From positions 22,815-86,814 of the IMG/VR virus record IMGVR_UViG_3300050026_000481: 64,000 nucleotides of DNA; one strand, given 5' to 3'. Origin of the DNA: a virus. Below, in pieces: positions 55,619 through 64,000 of this stretch. Position 1 is the stretch's first letter. Each line of letters opens with the position of its first letter. A program made the translations under genes and the position numbers. The notes under the pieces were generated by a model. It was not told where the DNA came from, did not search any database, and saw nothing but the letters and a program-made list of their open reading frames with translations.

Positions 55619-58270
55619 GTGACACTTCCGTTTGGTGCTATTGCAGTAAGTCCGACGCTAACCTTACCAAGATATAATGATTGGGAGGGTGTTACTTCTG
55701 ACGGTAGTTATTACTACTGCACTTCACGGTGGAATAGCCCTAGTGCATATGCAGCGGCAATATACAAATATGATATGAGTTGGAACCTCGTAGCAGCCGT
55801 TAATTGTAGTACGGCGATAGGCTGTAATGACCTTTCGGGGATTGACTATTGGAACGGGTATCTGTATGTTGCCTGTGTTAACATCAATACTAGTAGTCCA
55901 TATAATAACACCAAAACAGGTATAGCGGTATTTAATTCCTCAAACCTTAGTCTTGTTGCCTACCACGAGTTAGGCCCCTATTTTTTAACTCTTGGGGGTG
56001 CACAAGCTGAGTGCTCAGGGGTTGGTGTAGACCATGTAAATGGGATAATATACGCCTCTTCTTATGGTTACAGTGGACTTATTCGTAAATTTAGTTCAGC
56101 AGATTTTAGCTTCATTGGTTACATTACTACAAACCCTGAGTTTGGAACGTCACCGGCGAATATAGCGTTACAAGACATCAAATATTACAACGGTTTTTTG
56201 TATGCTTCATATTCTACTTTTGGTGGCGCGGGCGCGCCGACTACAACAGGCGGCGTTATACGAATGGATACCTCTGGTGCAAGCCAGACCAATGCGATAG
56301 GGCCTATAACCGGCACTACGGGGTTTGAAGTCGAGGGTCTTTTTGTAGGTAGTGGGGGGCTTCACGTACTTACACAAATTACAAACTCCCCCTCAGCAGG
56401 CTATTGGGCTGGGCTAGTTTACACGTTTACCATCTCTACTACCCTAACGCTTAACGCTGATACTACAACACCTACAACAGGCCAAACGGTAAACCTTACC
56501 GCAACGTTAGATACTAATGGTGGCGCACTACTTAGCGGGCAAACCGTCGCGATTACTATTTATAACGCAAGCGGAACGCTAGTTGATAGTGCTAGTGGCG
56601 CTACTAATTCTAATGGACAGTTTACGACATCATATACTTTTACAACGGCAGGGGTATACAACTGTTATTCAGGGTACACGGGCGTTTCCCCTTACACCTC
56701 AGCAAACGCCACCATGCTGCAGATTACAACAGAAACCACTATTGTCGTCGCCGGAGTTACCGCTACCGCTTCTATTTCTGCAAATATCCCAACAGTAACC
56801 GCATTGACCACGAGCCCTACCGCTGTAACACTCACTGCCGATACTTCAGCCCCATCAACAGCTCAGCAGGTACACTTTACTGCGACGTTAACGGCCGCGG
56901 ATGGAACTAAGTCACCCCTCCAAGGGCAATCTATTGTAATTAGTTATTATGATTCAAGTAATAATCTTTTAGGGAGTAGTACAGGTAATACCGACGGTAA
57001 CGGACACTTTCCCAGTACATACACATTTAGTACTGCCGGACAATACACCTGTTACGCCGCGTTTACGGCATCAGCACCGTATACTGCATCAGTTAGTGCA
57101 GGTACGGTCGTCATCTCATCCGCGCCCCCCGCTACTGTATCAAAAGTCGGTAGTTTCAACACCTCATCTGGTGCGGCCTCCAACACAATATCAGGCCTCG
57201 GTTTCACGCCAACCGCCCTAATTATGTGGGCTGGTAGCCAAAGCGCGGTAGGGTGGACAGCTAACACCGCCTTGTGTGACATTAGTTTTTCCATTGGGTT
57301 CTCTGCCAACAACAATGGCGCGATGGAATATGGTTCCGTTTACAACTCCGGTGAAGAATACGTGACTACTACAAGCGCAGAAAAGCGAGGCCACGCCGCG
57401 TCGGCGCTCTACTTGTCAGATTACGGAGGCACACCGCAACTTACCGCTTCTTCTGTAACATTTTCAAGCTCTAACGGCGGTCAGTTCGTCGTTAACTGGA
57501 CAACCCACGCCGCTGCATATACGGTCTACTGGCTTGCGTTAGGCGGCACGACCGGCTCGGCAGTAAAACAGTGGCAAGCGCAGGCGGCTACCGGCGTTCA
57601 GAGTGTAACCCTTTCAGGCACCACGTTCAAACCTGATATTGTGATTCATGCCGGGATAGAATACGCGACAGCGCCGCCAAGTAACACAACTGACCAGCGT
57701 CTATGGCTCGGCGCTATGGACAGTACCGGAAACCAATGGGCAGAATATATGTATAGTGCTAATGGAGCCGCTACGACTGTTGAGGCTAGCATTCAACTCG
57801 CCGACCATTGTCTCGTTGGACTCAACGGGGGCACAGGTGTAGGAACTAAATATTATATCATGACTACTGTTAGTGCAGGTGCTAATTGGGTGTCCATTTA
57901 CAACGCAGATTCCTATTTTTCGGGGGGGCAAACAGTTGAGATAAGCAACTCCACAGGGACGGTGCACGAGGCGAAAATAGTTTCCGGTGCATCGGGTAAC
58001 ATGCTTATGTTCACCACCACCCTCGCTAATGGCTACAACTCCGGCGATGCGTGGGTTGCACCATTACAAAACAATACCACAGCCCAAAAGTCGGCAACAT
58101 TTTCCTCGATGAATTCTAATGGGTTTTCGGTTAACTGGGATGTGCAAACTGACCCTGGTTTATATTATATATTTAGCCTCTGTTTGCAGGGTGGCTCATA
58201 TACCGTCGGCACCAAGGCAAAAACAAGTCAAACCACAGCAGGTACTGATACGGTGGTGACCACATCATGA
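55619..58270 (+). CDS. fibre/receptor-binding protein: beta-propeller, two Ig-like domains, two GLGFTP-type repeats and the start of a third
   Basis: C-terminal half collinear with the N-terminus of the ORF at 62468. Confidence 0.75.
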   Translation: MTLPFGAIAVSPTLTLPRYNDWEGVTSDGSYYYCTSRWNSPSAYAAAIYKYDMSWNLVAAVNCSTAIGCNDLSGIDYWNGYLYVACVNINTSSPYNNTKTGIAVFNSSNLSLVAYHELGPYFLTLGGAQAECSGVGVDHVNGIIYASSYGYSGLIRKFSSADFSFIGYITTNPEFGTSPANIALQDIKYYNGFLYASYSTFGGAGAPTTTGGVIRMDTSGASQTNAIGPITGTTGFEVEGLFVGSGGLHVLTQITNSPSAGYWAGLVYTFTISTTLTLNADTTTPTTGQTVNLTATLDTNGGALLSGQTVAITIYNASGTLVDSASGATNSNGQFTTSYTFTTAGVYNCYSGYTGVSPYTSANATMLQITTETTIVVAGVTATASISANIPTVTALTTSPTAVTLTADTSAPSTAQQVHFTATLTAADGTKSPLQGQSIVISYYDSSNNLLGSSTGNTDGNGHFPSTYTFSTAGQYTCYAAFTASAPYTASVSAGTVVISSAPPATVSKVGSFNTSSGAASNTISGLGFTPTALIMWAGSQSAVGWTANTALCDISFSIGFSANNNGAMEYGSVYNSGEEYVTTTSAEKRGHAASALYLSDYGGTPQLTASSVTFSSSNGGQFVVNWTTHAAAYTVYWLALGGTTGSAVKQWQAQAATGVQSVTLSGTTFKPDIVIHAGIEYATAPPSNTTDQRLWLGAMDSTGNQWAEYMYSANGAATTVEASIQLADHCLVGLNGGTGVGTKYYIMTTVSAGANWVSIYNADSYFSGGQTVEISNSTGTVHEAKIVSGASGNMLMFTTTLANGYNSGDAWVAPLQNNTTAQKSATFSSMNSNGFSVNWDVQTDPGLYYIFSLCLQGGSYTVGTKAKTSQTTAGTDTVVTTS

Positions 58271-61200
58271 ATTTTAGACTACCTGAAAAGCTACCTGAAG
58301 GTAAGCCTATTAGACTAATCAAATACCCTAGTAAGGAATACCCCCACGGGTTAGGATTTGTTCGCGGGCCCCCACAACCAGACGCCCCGCGACTCCTCAC
58401 CGAAGAGGAACACGCTAAACTTGCGCCATCAATAATACTTGAGGACCAAACACCAGTAGGAGACCAAGGGAGTTTTGGGAGTTGCACAGCGAACTGTGGC
58501 GAAAACGCCTTAAAAATTAGTACGGCCCTACAAACGGGGAACTATGTTAATGGTTCCCGGATGCAGCTTTATAGAGACGAGCGCGCGACCTACACCGTCT
58601 CCGGAGCCGGGGTACTGAATACCAATAGTAATGTCGCAGGCGTCACCGTAAATAGCTGGGGGGTTTATTCGTCCCCTGTAATCACCAATGGATGGGTCTG
58701 TTACGGTGGGCTGGATGGGGGTCTTTATTATGTGGCTACCGACGGGACAGCGGCGTGGGCTGGGCTCGGCCTCAACCCCGTAGTATCATCAGTCGTTGCC
58801 AATAACAACACAATTTTCGTTTGTACGTGTATGATGGGCAACAACGAAATTCAGATATACAGCCTTCCGGTCGATAGTACTACCCCCCCAACAGCAGTAG
58901 GGGGGACTGTAATTAACTCCCCCTCTGCATATAGTAATGGTGAATTTTCTTCACCCGCAGTCGATGCTAATGGGTTAGCGTATGTAACAAATGCAGGGCG
59001 TGTCGAGTTAATCGAATACATCCCAGATGAGAGAATATACGGTATTGCAGGGTTGTGCCCTACTGACAGCTCATGGCTGTCTACGCCCGCTGTTACTGAT
59101 GACTACATGGCGTATGTTGCTGGAAGTAATGGTAAAGTCTATGCTACTACTTTTCTTGGTACCCCCCAAGTAGTGTGGACCTACGCGACGGGTGCGGCCC
59201 CTGGCGGTGCGGTCATTATGCCCACCCCTGCCCTTATTAATGGCGTTGTGTATGTAGGAAGCTATGATAACAAGGTCTACGCTATTAATGCTACCACCGG
59301 AGCCAAGATATGGAGCTTTACGACCGGTGGCGACGTGCTTTCGCGTCCTACTATCTCAAACGGTGTGCTCTACGTAGGAAGTTACGATAACAACCTTTAC
59401 GCCCTTAATGCCGCCACCGGTGCGTTGTTATGGAGTTACACGACCGGAGGTGCAGTACACTCATCCCCCTGTGTTTATAACGGTGTCGTGTATGTGGGAA
59501 GCAATGATGGTAAGGTTTATGCTATTAACGCTACGACTGGGGCTGAAGTGTGGAACTACGAGACCGGAGGCGCAGTACACTCATCCCCCGCGGTTAGTGA
59601 CGAGCCATTAAACGGGGTTACCACCACGTTAGTCTACGTGGGAAGTGATGATGGTACCTTTTATGTCCTTGACGCCGCCACGGGTTATAGTGTGTGGGGC
59701 GTAACAACCTGTGATGTGGGCTCATCAATTGTAGTTACTGCGCAGTGCCTTGGGACCGGGATAATCCCCGAAACCCAACGGCCGTATATCCCCCAAAACC
59801 TAGATAATCCAGTAGTATCGCGCACTGGTGCGGTGTACGCTAATACAGGAAGTGTATATGCTTCACTTGCGCCAGCAACCACGATTGCGAATATACAAGC
59901 GTCTATCGCTGCGAATTATCCAGTGATGATTGGTTTCGACGTTTACTATAGTATTTATCACGTTGGTAGCGATGGGCAACTTAGAACCCCGCATCCTGTC
60001 GCGCTTACCGCCTATGCACCAGTAGGCGCGACTACGTTATCAGTATCAGATACGTCTCCATTTACAGCGCCAGATTTAGTCTACATTAACAGTGTAGTTG
60101 CGGGGGTATCGCAGGCTACAATAGAGCGAGAAATTGTGTCTATTGGCGAGAATACAATAGAGATTACCCCTCCTTTACCTTCAGGCTGGTTCTTGACCCA
60201 GGGTTATACAACGACCGACTCAAACGGTAATTACCAGTTTAATGAGGTAGGATATGGGTCAGGAAGTTCATATTATCATCGTACGATTTACGATGGCGAT
60301 GCTACACACTCATCAGCGATGAGTAACACCGTGCAGATAACCTGCCCAAGTAGTACGCTGGAAGAGGAACCCTTGGAGCCTACCACCACCACGACGTCAC
60401 AGCTTACTCTTGCCGCCTCCACTAACACCCCCGCAGTAGCTGCCGCGTATACGCTCTCCGGTACACTTAAAGACCAAAGCAGCGCCCCGATTGCAGGTGC
60501 CACCGTCCTTCTTCAGCTTGGGATGATACAGCCGTTTGGTGGAGCCGTCGCATGGGGCACTATGAGTGTCAACATAGAAGAGTGTATAATCGGCGGTCAC
60601 GGCGTGTGTATTATTGGCTACGACAATACCCACACGTGCCACGACGGGACAACCGGCGCATTTTGGGTTAAAAATTCGTGGGGCACTGGATGGGGTGCCC
60701 CAGGCGGCATAAGTCCAGCGGGCTATTTCTGGTTGCCGTATAACTATTTCTCTGTCCCTACTGGTACAGATATGGATACGGGGGCCATAACGGGTTATGC
60801 CGTAGGCGAAGCGTGGAACGTCAATGCAGTCGCCCCAGCAGTACCAACGCCACCCCCTACGCATCTCGCCCTTACTACCTCTGCCAGCGACCCCGATATA
60901 AGCAACGTAAATCAAACATTCACCCTCTCAGGCACACTATTTGCCGACAACGTTACACCTATTGCCGGTATGACTGTTACCCTCCAGAGTTCCGTCAACC
61001 CTGCTGATAATACATTATGGAACACCATCGCGAGCGTCGCGAGCGACACGAATGGTAATTATACGTTCAGTCACAGCGAGTCAGTTATCGGCGCGTATTA
61101 TTACCAAACGACCTGCGCGGGGAATATTGATTACGCGAGTTCAGTAAGTAACATGATATACGTGGGGCTTGTATCTTCAACAGCCCCAGCACCACCGTCG

Positions 61201-62463
61201 CCCGTATCACCAATCGTAACCACACTCACTATTTCAGCACCCTCTTCAGCCTATGTCAACCAACCCATCACTATCACGGGCACGCTCACCAATTCGTATG
61301 GTATTGGTGTTTCGGCACAGACTATCCAACTCCAGGACTCTACCGATGACGCCACGTGGAACAACGTGACGACCGCGGTGACCGATACAGGTGGTAACTA
61401 TACATTCAGCCACGTCGAGTCAGCCGCTACGGTCTACTACTACCAAACAATCTACACAGGTAGCGCGGCTTATGCGGACTCAACAAGCCCGAGCGTCGCG
61501 GTTTCCTTCTCAGTTCCACCCCTAAGTACGCTCGCGCCAACGGCAGTATTTGCGACCACATGCGGCCAAACGAGTTCGGCGGTCGCGGCAGGCGCCCGCA
61601 TTATGGTGGGTGCAAGTGACGGCGTGAACTATGGGGTGGTTGCAGAAACAGGAAAGGGTGGAGTTACCATTAGCGGTGGGACACCCACTGTAGAATACAA
61701 CTACAATAACACAACATCAGCCATTATCCTCAGCAATAACGATACGGGCACCTCTGAATGCGCGGCCACGATGGGGAATTTTGCGGCGGGTTCTTTTGAT
61801 ATTGTGTGGGGTACAGATACAAAAACGGATTCAACGTTAATCAATTACATTGCCTTTAGCTCACCTTTGCCCGGGGCAAGCGTTCAATGGTCGCAGACTA
61901 CCGTGCCCACCACAACGAGCGCCGCTATTGCGCTCGTTGGGGAGTACGCGTACGAGGGTATCCAGATAACGCCTACGATTATCCCTACATCATCAAGTAC
62001 ATCTTATTCACCCACTGATTCGTTTACTTCATCATGGACACAGACAACCGTCCCGGGCGCGATGAGCCCCGTATACCCCCCGCATGTATACATAAGCAGA
62101 CAATGGTCGCAGAGTACTGTTCCAAATACATCAAGTGGAACCGTCGCGCTGACGGGAGAATACGCGGGCGTCACATGGGCGCAAACGACTACCCCGGGTA
62201 CTATTAGTACAGTATATACCCCGGCCCCCTCCACCACCGGCAACGTGCTTTGGCAGCAGGTTATGGTTCCAGATACTACAATCGATGTATCTACCCTCCT
62301 TGTAGGTCCTGGGGGGCTACAAGAAACAACGCCGACCACCACAAGTGAATCCATTGTACCAACGTTTATAATAACCGACGAAGACGGGGCAATCGTAACT
62401 AATTGTATTGTTGAATTTATTAATTGGCCAGTTTCTAGCCTAGTTATAGAAGGAGCCACCTAA
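58267..62463 (+). CDS. mosaic virion protein: interrupted C1A peptidase, PQQ-type beta-propeller, Ig-like domains, fibre repeat remainder and Thr-rich repeats
   Basis: DQGSFGSC (Cys 58483), GGHGVCIIGYD (His 60598), KNSWG; YVGS.D.KVYA.NA.TG...W repeats. Confidence 0.85.
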   Translation: MNFRLPEKLPEGKPIRLIKYPSKEYPHGLGFVRGPPQPDAPRLLTEEEHAKLAPSIILEDQTPVGDQGSFGSCTANCGENALKISTALQTGNYVNGSRMQLYRDERATYTVSGAGVLNTNSNVAGVTVNSWGVYSSPVITNGWVCYGGLDGGLYYVATDGTAAWAGLGLNPVVSSVVANNNTIFVCTCMMGNNEIQIYSLPVDSTTPPTAVGGTVINSPSAYSNGEFSSPAVDANGLAYVTNAGRVELIEYIPDERIYGIAGLCPTDSSWLSTPAVTDDYMAYVAGSNGKVYATTFLGTPQVVWTYATGAAPGGAVIMPTPALINGVVYVGSYDNKVYAINATTGAKIWSFTTGGDVLSRPTISNGVLYVGSYDNNLYALNAATGALLWSYTTGGAVHSSPCVYNGVVYVGSNDGKVYAINATTGAEVWNYETGGAVHSSPAVSDEPLNGVTTTLVYVGSDDGTFYVLDAATGYSVWGVTTCDVGSSIVVTAQCLGTGIIPETQRPYIPQNLDNPVVSRTGAVYANTGSVYASLAPATTIANIQASIAANYPVMIGFDVYYSIYHVGSDGQLRTPHPVALTAYAPVGATTLSVSDTSPFTAPDLVYINSVVAGVSQATIEREIVSIGENTIEITPPLPSGWFLTQGYTTTDSNGNYQFNEVGYGSGSSYYHRTIYDGDATHSSAMSNTVQITCPSSTLEEEPLEPTTTTTSQLTLAASTNTPAVAAAYTLSGTLKDQSSAPIAGATVLLQLGMIQPFGGAVAWGTMSVNIEECIIGGHGVCIIGYDNTHTCHDGTTGAFWVKNSWGTGWGAPGGISPAGYFWLPYNYFSVPTGTDMDTGAITGYAVGEAWNVNAVAPAVPTPPPTHLALTTSASDPDISNVNQTFTLSGTLFADNVTPIAGMTVTLQSSVNPADNTLWNTIASVASDTNGNYTFSHSESVIGAYYYQTTCAGNIDYASSVSNMIYVGLVSSTAPAPPSPVSPIVTTLTISAPSSAYVNQPITITGTLTNSYGIGVSAQTIQLQDSTDDATWNNVTTAVTDTGGNYTFSHVESAATVYYYQTIYTGSAAYADSTSPSVAVSFSVPPLSTLAPTAVFATTCGQTSSAVAAGARIMVGASDGVNYGVVAETGKGGVTISGGTPTVEYNYNNTTSAIILSNNDTGTSECAATMGNFAAGSFDIVWGTDTKTDSTLINYIAFSSPLPGASVQWSQTTVPTTTSAAIALVGEYAYEGIQITPTIIPTSSSTSYSPTDSFTSSWTQTTVPGAMSPVYPPHVYISRQWSQSTVPNTSSGTVALTGEYAGVTWAQTTTPGTISTVYTPAPSTTGNVLWQQVMVPDTTIDVSTLLVGPGGLQETTPTTTSESIVPTFIITDEDGAIVTNCIVEFINWPVSSLVIEGAT

Positions 62464-62467
62464 CACA

Positions 62468-64000
62468 ATGACGTTCTACTCTAAAGTCGGCAACTTTAAC
62501 ACCTCATCAGGCGCAGCCACCAATACCATAACCGGCCTCGGCTTTACGCCGGTTGCCCTTATTATGTGGGTCGGCAGTCAGAGCGCGACCGGATGGACTA
62601 AGGGAGACGGTATGTTTAGTATCGGCTTTGCTGCTAATAATAATGGCACAATGCAGTATGGTTCTATCAGCGACGGACACGAAGATTATGCGGCGGGAAA
62701 TACCACCATGGTTGCATCCGGTGCTTATGCACTTTATGCTCGTAATTGGGTTCCTACTACAGAACTACTGGCTAGTGGCGTTACGTTTTCTAGTGGTCAG
62801 TTCGTCGTGTCGTGGACTACCCACGCCGCAGCGTTTACCGTCTATTATCTTGCATTAGGTGGCTCAGACATCACCGGCGCCGGCGTGGCAGCATGGACGT
62901 GCCCTACGGCTGTAGCCCCGGCGACTAAGAGCGTAACAGGTCTTGGTTTTCAACCTACCTGCGTTATGCACATTGGAGCTGGGTCTGGCGGCCAATCAAC
63001 TAGTAATGGTCACTGGCTTGGTGCTATGGATGCTAATGGTAATCAGTGGGCGAAAGGTGAGGTCGATATTGGGAACAATCCTGATTTTGTTAAGCGTGTA
63101 CAGATTACCGACCATTGTCTTGTTGGACAGTCAACCACCGCGAGCACCATTAATAAATCGGCAACGTACACCTCAATGGATTCGGGGGGTTTTACCGTAA
63201 GCTTTGATGTGCAAACCGATACTACTGCATACCCTATGTATTCTCTCTGTTTAGCGTGTAGCGCCAAGGTTGGCCATTGGTCGAAAACTGGACAGACGGC
63301 AGCGGTTACCGATACCATTTCAGGGCTTGGTTTTACTCCTTCCGCGGTACTAACGGTTAACGACAGCTACGCAGCATCATCAGCAGTACAAGCTGGATGG
63401 CGTTGTAACGTCGGTGCGAGCGACGGTACAAACTTTGGCACAGTATCGCTAACTGATAAAGATGCTTCCTACCCAACCATTGTGTATAATTATAATGATT
63501 CAACGAACACCATTGTAGTTAACGATAGTGACTCAGGCACAAGTAACGTCGTGGCCCCAGTAAAAAACTTTAGTTCTGGGCAGTTTCAAGCGGTGTGGGG
63601 CACAGATAGCGCAACCACGGCGACGCAGATTTGTTATATTGCTCTTGGAGCTGCAAGTGCCGCTCCAGCATCGTGGACAGAAACGTCAGCATCCAACGTA
63701 GCGGCGGCCACTATCGCTCCGACGCTCGCCACATCTTCAACTATTACATTACCGTCACCTCAAAACGTAGCCGCTGCGATTGTCGCTATAAGCACAGCGT
63801 TAGGCGTTACACAACCAACCCCGCCGAATGTAGCTGCCGCCACAATCACCCCCACGATAGAAACCTCAGAAACTATCACACTTAGCACACCCCCCAATGT
63901 AGCTGCTGCTACTGTCGCTATAACAAAGGATTTAGCAGTCACACAATCAACTCCATCAAACGTAGCCGCTGCTACTGTCGCGATAACAAAGGATTTATCA
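62468..64000 (+). CDS. fibre protein, 3'-truncated (absent from ORF track): three GLGF.P repeats, then P(N/D)V Thr-rich repeats
   Basis: ATG 62468, MTFYSKVGNFNTSSGAATNTITGLGFTPVALIMW...; no stop before the window end. Confidence 0.85.
   Translation, partial: MTFYSKVGNFNTSSGAATNTITGLGFTPVALIMWVGSQSATGWTKGDGMFSIGFAANNNGTMQYGSISDGHEDYAAGNTTMVASGAYALYARNWVPTTELLASGVTFSSGQFVVSWTTHAAAFTVYYLALGGSDITGAGVAAWTCPTAVAPATKSVTGLGFQPTCVMHIGAGSGGQSTSNGHWLGAMDANGNQWAKGEVDIGNNPDFVKRVQITDHCLVGQSTTASTINKSATYTSMDSGGFTVSFDVQTDTTAYPMYSLCLACSAKVGHWSKTGQTAAVTDTISGLGFTPSAVLTVNDSYAASSAVQAGWRCNVGASDGTNFGTVSLTDKDASYPTIVYNYNDSTNTIVVNDSDSGTSNVVAPVKNFSSGQFQAVWGTDSATTATQICYIALGAASAAPASWTETSASNVAAATIAPTLATSSTITLPSPQNVAAAIVAISTALGVTQPTPPNVAAATITPTIETSETITLSTPPNVAAATVAITKDLAVTQSTPSNVAAATVAITKDLS

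Noticed and set aside
1-64000. tRNA genes, rRNA, CRISPR or TIGR-like arrays
   Set aside because: No cloverleaf with T-loop consensus and no regularly spaced repeat-spacer array were seen in intergenic regions by eye.

Overview
This is a 64 kb segment of a large HK97-fold head-tailed virus (Caudoviricetes). The host is most likely an archaeon: BRE/TATA-type promoters, leaderless starts, GGAGG/GAGGTG RBSs, an Hjc-like resolvase, and Ig/PQQ/PLL repeat domains typical of Halobacteriota methanogens all point that way, but this is inference. Almost all genes are on the + strand. 1-13 kb holds ParB-ASCH, an SSB-like protein, a PAPS-reductase-family enzyme, PD-(D/E)XK nucleases and putative hydrolases. 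13.6-18.5 kb holds a TerS candidate, a putative packaging site, and TerL split into separate ATPase and nuclease genes. 18.5-32.6 kb is an accessory block with many Cys-rich microproteins, a papain-like peptidase, a MuF toxin with partner, a resolvase, a proteasome-like Ntn hydrolase and an MT-A70 methyltransferase. 32.7-64 kb holds portal, prohead protease, major capsid protein and head-tail joining genes, interleaved with a greatly expanded set of paralogous accessory virion proteins, a glycosyltransferase/methyltransferase cassette and giant fibre proteins. Eight free-standing HNH nucleases are present. The most unusual signals are: (i) a fibre domain split across two genes by a papain module that itself carries nested insertions; (ii) a putative virion glycosylation cassette next to mucin-like fibre proteins; (iii) a dispersed 15-bp quasi-palindrome, often just upstream of TATA boxes; and (iv) several unannotated structured RNAs, one with a bulge-helix-loop-like motif. 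All family assignments come from motif recognition by eye; no database searches were run.
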